64,000 nucleotides of DNA. Source: Auanema rhodensis (Eukaryota > Animalia > Nematoda). A program made the translations under genes and the position numbers. Shown here piece after piece: positions 35,911 to 48,900 of this stretch; the first letter of the stretch is position 1; the number at the start of each line of letters is the position of its first letter. Location: the NCBI GenBank assembly GCA_964057225.1, contig OZ059895.1:6200001-6264000 (forward strand), read 5' to 3'. The notes beneath the pieces were generated by a model. That model did no database searches and was not told where the DNA came from. It saw only the letters and a list, made by a program, of their open reading frames with translations.

Positions 35911-38506
35911 ACTAACTATATGCAGAAAATAGATATTTTTGCTGTCATCTGATATATAAAAAATGAAAAAAAAAACTTTTTTTTTCTTCATGTTATATCA
36001 ACAGACTAATGAACACATGTGATGCAATGGTCATGATAACAGAGACCGAAAGAGATCATCATTGATATTTCTAGTCCAAAAAATAATATTTCAAAGACCA
36101 AAATGGGCAAGACAGATTTATCGAATTAGCTAGATTTCCAATCATTTTCTTTCCCTTTGTTGCTTATCAGTTTTCGTGCTTTGATCTCAATTGAACTTCA
36201 GGCCAGGATAGGCGTAAGACTGCAGAAGAAATCAGCAGACGGTCCAGATAAGCGTGCAAAGAGAGACAAAAGATGAGAAAAAGAGGGTGAATTTGGTAAA
36301 GTAAGAGAGAGAGAGAGAGAGATAGAAAGAAGGTTTTTGCTCTAAAGGTGAGTTATCAAAGAAAGAAATAAAATTTTTTGGCTTCGTTTTTGCATCATCT
36401 TAGATTCAATGGCAAATAAAGAGAATGAACAGCTGAAAAACCTATTTGAGATTCTCCCACGTTTTCAGTCAAGTTTCAGTGTTCTTATCCATCATCATCA
36501 CATTTAGTATCTATTTCCGTTTAGTTCGTTTTGTCTTTATGTGACCCAGGAATAACCAGAAAAAGACTGCAGATTTTTGTTAATTCTTCACGTGAATCTC
36601 ACGTTCTGTTCTTTTGACGTATGTTGGCCAGGTTTCATTTGCGACTTTGCGGACTTGAAGAGCGGTTGTTTTTTCTCTGCTTCTCTATTCCTCTTTGTCT
36701 CATTTTCCCTCTATAGAATTTATTTTGAAATGCTTTAATGATATTACGAAATAGAAGGAAAAAGGTAAATCATCTCTCCGAATATGATGGCATTAGAAAA
36801 TAAGGGGAAAATCGGCAAATATGGTATGGAAGAGAGAGCGATAAACGCACTGATCTCTTTATTATTTTTTTTTTATTTCAAAGCGAACGCAGCTACAGTT
36901 CATATAATCAAGTGCAAACATCATCACACATTGAACCCTCTTTCTCTTTCTCTCTTTATATATGGAAAGGGGGAAGGGGGGGGGGGAGTTGCAATGATAC
37001 ATTACACACAGATTTGTAGACAAAGCTTGTCTAGCAGGTGCAAGTAGTGAGAATAGAATAAATCCGTCCGAATGAGAATAAATTCTAGACAAGAATAACG
37101 ATAGAAATAGATAAAAAGAGAGGTAAAGAGAAAGATGAAAGATAGACATCATGTAGATAAGTAGAGACAGATAGCAGCGCCATTTTCATCTGCTTTATGA
37201 TCGACAAAGCTTTTCTAAGGACAGGACACGAAAAAAAAAATGCAGGAAAGCTAAAAAAAAGAAAAGAAAAAGGTTAAATAGAGAAAAAACATCGACGATA
37301 ATCAAAATAATCAAAGATATAACATCTTAGAATCTCTTTATGTCTTTCCTCCCTCTGTATCTATCTTTATGTAATTTCTATACAGAGCTTAAAGAGCATG
37401 AACATAGAAAGCGAAGACATTTCTTGGTAGCATAAAGCGATCAAAGGTCAAAATTTTTGCTATTCCGGACATTTTTTTAGAAAGAAATCAAACGACAGCC
37501 TTCTTACTTGATGTAAGTTGCATATATAAGCTTGATATTTCATCCATGTTAAATTAATAGAAGAAATGCTGTGGACTCAAAAAAGCAAATACACGAAATT
37601 TCAAGTGGAATTTGTTCTCCTTAGGCCATTAAGAGCAGAACGGTCATCATCATCTTTGTAGATGAGGACAAGGACGACCTCGTCGCCGCTTTATAAATCC
37701 CTGGGCTTTATGTGCAACCAAAGTTCAAATGTACTTGCAAGATATATGAATAGACAAAGATAAATATGAAACATAATAGAAAACAAAGAAGGAAAGTGAA
37801 CTCACCACTTGTCGATGTCGCAGGCTCCGTTGCTATTGGAACTGCTGGCTTCTTCCGTCGTCGTTGCGGGCGTTGGTGCGGCGGCTCCTCCACTGACGGC
37901 AGCCGCTTTCATGATCAGTGCTAGATTCGCGGGCCAAGCTGTGCCGGCCGCAGCAGCAACAGTCTTATTCAGCTGATCCATATCAATCGTCGTAACGGAT
38001 TGTGAATGGGTCAGATGATGATTCGGATGGTTCAACTGATGCTGATGCGGCGATGACGACGTTAGAAGCTCCGTTGGCGTCGTGATGGTGGTGGCGGCGG
38101 CGGCGGCGGCAGCAGCGGCAGCAGCACCGGCAGCGGTGTTGGTTAGATGATGATGGTGATGATGCCGAAAATGATGATGGCCGGCAGTCGGCAGAAAAGC
38201 TGGGGGTGCGACGGCGGACGACGTGGTGCTCGGCGTCTGAAGAAGAACGTGATGATGAAATGGAGAGGGTGACGGCGATGGCGGCGTAGGCGAAGTAGAT
38301 GCCGAGGAGGCCGATGAGGTAGCTCCAGACGACGCAGCGGCAGACAGTATGGAAGACGGCGTCGTTGCGGGAGCTGGAGTTATTGACGTAACCGACTGAT
38401 GTGGTACCGTCGGTAGGACTGAAGTCAGAACGGACGTGTTTTCGGAGTTACAGCAAGATCTCTCTTGCTCGAACAGAAGAGAAGCAGGAAGAATTCTGAA
38501 AGCCAT
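27865..38506 (-). CDS. Nuclear hormone receptor, HNF4-derived nematode type (C4 zinc fingers plus LBD), with a 233-aa low-complexity N-terminal exon
   Basis: Exon 38506-37806 ends ..DIDK-TG|gtgag and exon 29674-29534 starts tttcag|T-TGG, giving [69 protein letters not shown]; LBD exons 29130-27865 (ELAAVKAIMVLDPNAPGLS, ARFAHLLMLI); TAG 27865-27867. Confidence 0.9.
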
Positions 38507-39657
38507 ATGATCTGAGTTTCTGATGGACGAACAAACCGAACAGTGTTATCTAAGTTGTTACCTACACAAGGCTTGAAAACAAAGTTTGATAGATAACTTT
38601 CGGTTGAGCTTCCCTACAGTTAAACTTTGTCAAAATAGTAGAAGATTTGAGCTGAGTAAGGTGTGTGAGAAGACGACACCTGATCTTCTACAGCTACAAC
38701 GTAGACAATTGGCAGTATTTCAGCTTCAGGATTGCAGATATTCTGAAGATGATGACGATGATGACGACGACAAGCAAATGAAGAGAAAAAGGTTAAAAAG
38801 AAAGCTTTTTTTGGAAAAGAAAATATCCTTCTCGATATCTCTACTTCGCTATCTGCTTCTTGTCTTACGTACGTACGTCTGATGTCGTTTTGAGGATGAT
38901 CAGTTGAAGACTGGCTGGCTGGCTGGCGGGCTGACTGGCTAGCTAGCAGTGTTGTATGTGTATGTATGTTGGGGAGAGCCTCTCTCTATAAATGATCAAA
39001 GATTAAAATGATTGAATGTCCAATAAATTGCCCCCCCCCCCTCTAAGGCTGGCAAGAACATATATATATATATATAGTTATATATAATATACATAAAATA
39101 TATATAAAGAAAGAAAAAGAAAATAAATAAAAATAATAAATAAACGAAAAAATAAAAGATTCATATAGTTAAATGAAGATTAGTTATATATATAATTTGA
39201 ATAGTAATATACATATATAGATAGAAATGATGATAATCATTGTAAACAACAACAACAACAACAACAATAGCAACGTTGTCTCTACTGACCAACACATCAA
39301 TGGTTACTATATATATATATAAGATTATAATAATAAATATATATAAAAATGATTTTATTTATCAAATAGAGAATAACAAGATGAAAGATGATTACATGAG
39401 AAACTCATCATTATCATCATCAGCTTGCTGGTACAGCTTGTTCCTGCTGATGATGATCCTCTTCTTCAATAGATCAGCATGATAAGCGTATATACCAATA
39501 ACATTCACATTGATGATGAGAGAAGTTTAAGTTTTGAAAACAGAGAGAGAGAGAGAGACAAGGCAGGAAGAGCACAAAGTATAAAGATGGTAATTAAAGA
39601 TATGATAGAAGATGAAAAGAAACATGATGAATTAGTACAGGGATGATAGAAAGAGAA

Positions 39658-39711
<54 letters not shown>

Positions 39712-40624
39712 GAAGAAAGAGAAAAAGAGAGAGAATATGTATTAACGGAGGGTAGAAAAATCAGAAAACGGAGGTAATAGATTAAAAACTGAAACAAAAA
39801 AAACGATCACATTTAAAAATTGTAAAATCAGATGTTTAACATTGAAATATGAATATAACTTTGGTTACAACCCACATTCAAAAACATTTTTAAAGAAAAC
39901 GATGAGAACAAACTGATTGACACACACCGACACTAACGGTAATGATAGAAGCATGCTGACAAGATAGAAATGAGATTGAAATAAAAATATTAGAGGTAAT
40001 ATATAGATTAAAGAGATAGAAAAGAATATATATGACTCTATTGCTGTTATAAAGAGAAATAGAGAGAGAGAGAGAGAGAAAGAGAGGTAGTAGTAGTAGT
40101 AGTAGGAGAGAGAGAGAATAGGAATAAGACATAGAAATTGAATAAGATTTCGAATAATAAGGTTAAAGCTAAGGTAAAATCTGAAAAAAAACATGAGAAT
40201 GATGATATAGTAGTTGAACTTAATCGAAGATCTTTGTTTGCTAGTCTATGTTCCTGTGATGGGAAACCACAGCCCATTTCCCTCTCGGTACTCTCTGCAT
40301 AGACTATATGTCTGAGAGCGCTCTCACACAACCATAACATCATCAACTCATTCTCGCTCGTCTTATGTGTATGTATGTCTATGTAGGTGTGTGTATGAGT
40401 GAATATGAGTGAATAACTGACTGACTGACTGACTGACTTACTGAATATATATATTATATGTATATAATATGTCTAAATATATAAATGATGTGTCTATATA
40501 TTCACTATCTATCTATCTATTGCTTGTCTGTCTCATACACTTGTTGTAGTAGTGGTAGTAGACAGCATCATCATCATGATCATCAGTAGTAGTAGTAGTA
40601 GTAGTCGCTTGTCGCTAGAGGTAG

Positions 40625-40693
<69 letters not shown>

Positions 40694-41800
40694 TGCAGAA
40701 ACAGTAGGCGTTGACCTCCAGACCAATTCAAATGAACAACTTTAAAACTCACACGGTTAGGACATAAAAGAAAATAATTGTCATCATCATCTTCAGACAC
40801 TAAATAGCAGAACTAACTGTCTGGACATTTTGTACCTCTATAAGCTCCGCCCCCCTCCCCCCTTTTCAACACCAACCCTTCTCTCCTCCCCCACTCTTCA
40901 TTCTTTCTCTCTCTCTCTCTTTCTCTTTCATTTTGTATCGTTCTTCTATGTTATCGTTCCGTGTCTCAGCTAATCACCCTATTCACGTGGTTCACGTTAA
41001 AATTTCGCCTGATGATATTACGACGAGGTAGATCCCAAGCAAGACGTATAGCAACAAGAGATAGAATGATGAATTTGCTACAGGAAATCATGCGATAACT
41101 CCGCCCTTTAAGCGTTGTCCGTAACATACGTCTAAGGAGGAGGAATTTACGAGAGAAATGAAAAGTCATGATGATGATGATGATAAAGAGAAAAGATAAT
41201 ATCGACATATGGTAACAACCGTTCTACGCGTTTTTTCTGTTGAAAATGAGCGTTTTCTCTTTCTCCTATTTGACGTATATTTCACGTAAAAATTGATAAA
41301 TTCTAATCAATATTATCATTATACTTAATATTTTATAATAGTTAAAATCAATAAAAATGATCTTAAAAGTCTATCTATCTTGTTATTCCTCTTTTCACTC
41401 AAAAAAATAATATAATTAAAATATTTTATATAATAATTAATTTTATATTTCTCACTCTCTTTTGTACTCTAATTTCTATTACGTGCATTTCATGAGTTAA
41501 AGCTGGAAGGTACCTTCAATCGTTATAACAATTACTCATCTTTAATTAAGATAATCTAATAATATATAGTTATATAGTTAATAACACATACAATTATCTT
41601 TGTTGAATCTGGAAGCTGTAAAATCTCAGATATTGACTAATGAGATCAGTTTAAATCTCATCTATCACTATGATATCTTGCGTGCACAAAAAAATACGAA
41701 AAAAGCAATCAGACATAACAAGGACAAGAGAGAGTACGATGAAAATGAAACAGAATATAACATTAGAAATGATAGAGGGAACGAGAGAGGGAACAGGTAA

Positions 41801-41842
<42 letters not shown>

Positions 41843-42490
41843 CGAGGGACAGACCGAGAAAAAGAAGGAATGGGGTTGACCTTTTCCTTCCTCCTTGCAG
41901 ACGAGAGGTCTGACTGACCGATCGACCAAACGGACCGGGCAACGGGTCGAAGTCCAATGGAGTCAAACGGACGCCCATCTTCTTACTCTCAGTCGTCTCT
42001 GCATCATGTTGTCTAGACGACTCAGGTTGCAAATATATAAGATCGAATGATCAACATCAGCCGAAAGAGGGCAAATGAAGATGAAGAAACTTTGAGAGAG
42101 TAGAAGAGAAAGAGGAAAAGAGAGATATGTCGTTATAGAGAGGACAGAGAGATAGAAAGAGCAAAGGGATCAAAGGGTCAGAGGTCTAGTATATGTTGAT
42201 TATATTTATACGAAATCTTTATGAGATGAAGCAGAAAATAACAATATATTTCAAATTAAAGAGAGGCAAAAGAACTAAAGAGATAGAAGAGATATGTCGA
42301 ATGAAAAGCTCATAAGGTTAAAAGGGGGAAGAGGTAAATTCGAAGAGAAAGAAGAGATACATAGATGTACATGTATAGAGAGAGAGAGAGAGAAGAGAGA
42401 AAACGGAGGAAGGACTAGGCTAGAGGATATACATATAAGGATAAGAGAGAAGATTACATATGTTTTAACCTTTTCCACATATAACACTTT

Positions 42491-42569
<79 letters not shown>

Positions 42570-45500
42570 CTATAATCTATATGATCAAATTTCAGACATT
42601 TATCTGTCTGGAAGTGAAATGGTGAACTAAAATTGTAATAATTCTACTAAATGTGAGCAAAAGAAACATATTCTATTCACATAAATTTTAAGAAAATATA
42701 GTTGATTTTTAATTTTTGGCTCAGGCTTAGGCAAGAGAAGACCATGCTGACGATAAGATTGAAGATATTATAGCGATGATGACATCAACACGAAGTTTGT
42801 GCTTTGCCAAATGACCAATATTCGCCAAGCATCTGAATCATGCTTGATAAAACAAGGCGTAGGAGTGCTGGTAGAGAAAAAAAATAGAAAAATAGAAATA
42901 TATATATATATAAAGAGAGAGAGAGAAAGAGAGAGACAGTGATATGTGATTGAAAAGCTGAGTACTAAAATCAAAACTTCTTTAAATCCACTTGAAACTA
43001 TCAATTTTCAGTAAAAAATTCTTGTTACACTCCAAAATTGGCTGATGCAAAAGCTGGTTAAGAATTGAACTCAATAGTAAGCAAAAAGAAAAAATAGAGA
43101 GATAGAAGAGGGGGGGGGATGTGGAAGAGTAAAAGAGGGAAGTTGAGGCTGCTTGCTCTAATCTGACCAAGGATTAATAGATTCGGGTTGGGTTTTATCC
43201 AGATTTTAAGTTTGCTTATATGAACAATTTTTTTTTTGTAAAAAAAATAATTATATATACTATATAAGAATGTAATATATGTATTTTGAATGTGAAAGAG
43301 AGAGGGAGAGAGAGAGATAGAGAGAGAGAGACTTAGTAAGAGAAATTAGATGAAGTTGTTATAGTAGAGGAGAAGCCGTGGATGGTCGAATGTAACGATG
43401 ACTTTCGGTTTTTCCTCGCACTCTAGAGTCAATAAATGCAGCTAATATTATGAAACAGCTGAGTAACAACATATAAAATATGAGAGAGAAAAAAAAATAT
43501 TTTTTTTGGAAGCGAAATAATCAGATAAGGTAAACCTAGGAAGTACAGCATGTTAACAGCTTGAGAGAGAGAGAGAATATGAAAAGAGAGTGAGGGAAAT
43601 GACAAATTATGAGATGATGCAATGATCTCAGAATGATACAAACTTATTGGATTTAATCATATTAAATAATAATATGAAGACAAATATATGTATAGTTAGC
43701 TAATATACTTTTAAAGAAAAGGGATGAAAAATCAAAGTTTCAGAAAAAAAAATCTTCCGAGTACTTGACGGAGTAGAAGTACATCTGCACTATGTGACCA
43801 TTCATCGACGCTTGGTTGGTCATGTTGTCTCCTCAAGAATTCACAAAATACAACACAAAATGAGAGAGACAGGGAGAAGAAGAGAAGAAGAGAAAGAGAG
43901 AGAGAGGGGGATGAGGGAAAATTAGATGGAAGGATGAGTGAAAGAAGGCAAAAGAGAGAGAAGAGTTTAAGAGAAAAGAAAAAACTATAAAAAGAGAGGA
44001 ATGAGGAGAAGGAATCAACGAAACAAAGTATGAGATGAAGAGTATGATAGACGACAACCGAAATAAGAGAGTGAGAGAGCAAGCGCTTAAGAGAATGAGG
44101 GAGAGAAAGAGGAGGGTACAGAAAAGGTTGAGGGTATAATGGGGAAAACTTATCTATTAAGAATCAGGATAAGAGAGAAAAGATGAAGAGCGAAGAACGT
44201 AGAACATGAGGAAAGAGAGAGAGGAGCTGGTTCGCTCGTACATCACACAGATCGAAAACCATTTTTACTTATTGTAGTAGTAGATGTGTTGAAATAGAAT
44301 AGGAAATCATTAGAGAAATATTAAGGAAATTAAAGTTTATAAAGAAAATAATAAATTTAACATTTTGAATTCAAATTCAAGTCTGTTCAATGAATTTTGA
44401 AAAAAAAAATTAAATTGTTTCCTCGACTTTTTCGTCACTTCAGCTTTATCCTTGTCTCTCATGAATCATATGCTGTTATTTTTAGAATGTTTTGCATATG
44501 AATAGAATCTAACAGGGTGTTGAGAGAGATAGAGTGAGAGAAAAGTAAAACGGCAAGCGAGGGAGAGAAGGAGGTAGATCAGAGATTGCAAAGAAGAGAG
44601 AATGCAGAAAAGACACGTAGGTGTAGCCAGTCTGAGATGAAGACATCTGGAGCTTTGTAACGTCTTTATCTTGTTGCTCGTTGAAGTCTGAACATTCTCT
44701 TGTCGTTGTGCTCTCGATCTTCTTAGCAACTTGCTGCAGAAAGTATTGTTGAGATATCAAGAGTAAAGAGAAGACAATAATGAAAAAAAAAAGGAAAAGC
44801 CTGATGCTGTTGATCCCATTGGTATCGCATTCTCATCTTTTCAGCCTAATGTTGTTCATTTGTTGAACGCTTTTCTATTTTTTTCATTAAAAGACTACAA
44901 CTTTTGTTAATTTTTAAAAGAAAAAAAGGAACAAAAAGATTAAAGATCGTTAGACGATTGTTTATCAAAACCTGTTCGCCTTTAAAAATTATCAGAATCA
45001 GACAATAAGAGTGAACCCATGTTTAGTTTTCCTTATAATTCAAAGATAGTTTTACAGTTAGATTTTCAAAGGTTATAACATGAGAAGAAAGACTAGAAAG
45101 ACCAAAAATCTAGATTAACCGCAAAGATTCTGGCATGCTTTAGCTCATGCTCTCTCGTTCTCTCTATTTCTCTCTCTTGTATTCATGCTAAAATAACTTT
45201 TAAAAAATGATTTAATGGACAAGAAGTAAGAAGAGCATTTTCATCAAACATTCTAGTATTCAACTGCAATTAGATAAAGCTGACCGCAGAGCATGCTAGC
45301 AGGTGACTAAATAAGTTCAGAGTTGCAGGATGGTGGGAGGGTGCAAATCGTCGGAAAAACCTCGAACATGACATTTTCATCTAAAAAAGCATTGACTGAC
45401 ATGCAGAAGGTTTTGTAAAGAATTGCACTATGACAGTTAAGGTTGAAGTCAAGTTTCCATGTTCAAGTTGAAAAGAAAAAAAGGGGGGGGGGGAGGGGGA

Positions 45501-45855
45501 TAAGGACATTGAAGTGATGAAGATAGAAGATGATGATGAAGGCTAGATGAGGGAAAGACAGATTGCGAGCTTTTCTTTTGAGGAAAAACCAACGAGGCAA
45601 CACAGTTTGAAAATTGTTTTTTTTCCACAAGAATACAATGAAGCATAGATATAGTTAGCTGTTTAACAGGTTTATGCCGGAAATATTACAGCATTTCAAA
45701 CTTGTATCTGCTCTCAATCAGCTTTTAAACTGATTACAATTCAATGTCTGATAATAATAAAATATGATTAACTTTAAAAGATTGAAGATGACGCTTTAAA
45801 GAATAATCAGAAATGTTTAGAAAATAGATTTTAAAAGATATTGAAATAGAAAACA

Positions 45856-45922
<67 letters not shown>

Positions 45923-48900
45923 GAGAGAGAGAGAGGGAGACTGAAAGAAAGGTAGAGAGAAAGGGTAGATAGTCATCAAGGAAATAAAAAAAAACAAATT
46001 AAATTTTGAAACTTTTGTGAGTTAATTCGGATCTTCTTTACATTACCTCCTTTTCCTGTTATTAAGGTATAGCATATGATCATCAATTTTTAAAAACTGT
46101 AAGCTACTTTAAGTGAAGGAGGGAAGGAGGGAAGAAGGGAGGGAGGGGAGTTATGTAAAGAAGAGCCGGTAATTCATATTCACAAACTTCACAAAGTTCT
46201 TTCAATAGCTAAAAACATGGCTGTATACAAGACTTATAAGCTGAAAGACACGTGTTCATCTTATATGAAAGAGAACAAGATTGTCCAGAAGATACGTTCG
46301 TGACAATTTCGAAATTAATTTTGAACTGCTTGTCGCTTTGAACCATATCATACGAGTTATAATTAACAATCTGTATAAGATGAATGAAACAATCAGACAA
46401 AGAGAGAGAGAGAGAGGGGAGAGAGAGAAAAAGAGATAAAAAATCGGAAATAATGAAATAGTATATAAAATAAAGAGAATATGAAAGATACAAAGAACAT
46501 AAAGAGATGATTGGACATAAGATCATTAGGTTCAATCTATTGAGGTGGTCCAAACTGTGAGTAATCATCACACAATACCAGTATGATAACAGTTTTACCA
46601 TCTCTCTCTCTCCATCTCTCTCTCTCCATCTCTCTCTCTCTCTCTCACTCTCTCTCTCTCTCTCTCTCTTTCTCTCTGTATTCATTACGATATCGTATAA
46701 TATTTCTGAAAATTGACTAGTTATAACTATAGATTATCTTCAATCAACTGAAGTAAAATGAAATTTATGAGATAAGACAGGAAGTTAATTTCAACAGTGA
46801 AGCTAATGAATAAGCTTGTTAAAACTTCAATCATATCGTTATTCTCATGATCGTCAGCAGCAACAGCTTGCAGTAGATGATTCCAAAGAATGAAAAAAAG
46901 TTTCAGAAAATAAAAATTAGGAAAGAGATGTCAAGTTATAAGCATGACGGATGATAGTTATATCAAAGATACAAGGTACAAAGATACAAAATACATTGAA
47001 AGATTGAAATATCATGTGAATGCTGACGTCAAAGTAGAACATACAAATTTTCTTTTTAATGTTCTTTTATTTTCAATCTTTTCTTGGTGCCATGTCTAGA
47101 TATGAGTTGGCCGACATCAATCCTTATCAGACAACGCTTATAATTTCTTTTTTTCTCTAAATCTCAAATGAATAAATAGTATTTCAATGATTATTTCTTA
47201 CTTTTCATGAGCTACTTCTCATGATATATCACATAAAAGGAAAGAAAGAGAGAGAAAGAGAGAGAGGGAGAGTTTACCTGTAGATGAGAAAGAACCTATG
47301 AACTCAAACTATACTAGTAAGAATCAGAGAATCAGATATAAGCATCAAAGATTAACTTGATCAACTTGCTGGATAGAGACGTAGATAATGAGAGAGTATG
47401 GGATACTAGCACAGAATGTAATAAAAACCAAGACTTTGAAGAGAAATGGCAAAAAAGCTGGAGAATTGAAAACGATTTATTAAGAGAGAAAATGAAGAAA
47501 AAAGAGAGAGGGAGAGAGGGAAAGAGAAAGAAAGAGAGAAATGATATGTATAAGAGTCACTACCAAAAGATCACCTCATTCCTTTCTCTCAGTTTTTTTC
47601 CAGAAAATGAAGAAAGAGGAGAGAAATAGCCTCCGGGTATTGCTCTTCCGGGATGTGAGACACCTCATCGAGTCTCTCTCTCACCCCCCGTCTGCCTTTC
47701 TTTGCCTCTTTACTCTTTACATTCTTCCATCTATACTTGTCTCTCGCACATTGGCTGACTTTTGATTCTCCCCATTTCTCTCATTTTCTCTCAAAGCTGC
47801 ATAGGCAATGCCGAAGCTTCAGCCTAGCCGACATGCCCTTGCTATGTACTTTGATCTCTCGTGCTCTTTCTTCTTTCCAGTTGCGGTCAAAAGCCAAGTT
47901 TGGTCAAAGACGAGCTTGAAAGCATGCTAAATGACACTTCTTGGAGCACTTGTTGACATAGCTTAACCTTCAAAGCGAAAAACTAAGAAAACGATTAGAG
48001 ATTAAAGAAAATAAGAAAGTTTTCCCATCCTCTCGTCAAAGCTCAAAGAAACAATAGATTTTTGAGGTTTTTTTTTTCAAAAATATCAAAATAAAACAAA
48101 GTTTTCAAATGTTAACATAAAAAAGAAAATTTTAACGAGTATTTGAAGCAAAATCAAAGATTCAAATTCGAAATTTCAAAGATTATAACCAATTATTCAT
48201 ATTTTGGCAAGAAAAAATGAGAAAAAGCGTTGTCGATGTATAACTGACCTCGTGACTACATGTCAGCCACTTATAAAACATATACTAACTATACGTATTA
48301 TATATATATATTTCTTTGACTTTTGATATCTGAAAAATATAAAATAAAATTTAAAAATTTAAGAAAAGAAAATTGAAAATGGTGAGAAAAACAAATAAAT
48401 AGTTTAAATTCTTCAAAATGTAGCTTTAAGTTGAACAAGTTGGAAACAAAAAAAAAGACAAAATAGACGATTATCGTAAAGCATATTCATCAGAATGAAC
48501 TAACTTCAAAGGAAAAGAGAATCATTAACACGATGGGATCATATCCTATTGGCAACAACATGCCTATCACCACTGCAACATCACATCCAGTCTTTCTAGA
48601 TCAGAGCAGAGCATCGTTGCAGGAAGTTCGTTGGTCAGGCTCTCAAGCACCACAACCAACAAGCTCATTGCGGATATCCAAAGAACAATGCCAACTGCTG
48701 TCTTACGGAATTAGCCATTTAACCTTTCATATACACATTTCGTTGTTCAAACATGCACAAGTTCATATGCTGAAAGCAGCCCAGATCATCATCACTCTGT
48801 GCCAACATCCATATATGTGATGATCTACATGATAGACAGTATAACAAGCAACTTGATGTATATTGGCCAATCAGACAGCCCCCACAAAAATGGTTTTGAA

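Noticed and set aside
37802-38506. Stand-alone His/Ala-rich gene
   Set aside because: It ends at a strong donor whose phase supplies the missing first Cys of the receptor DBD.
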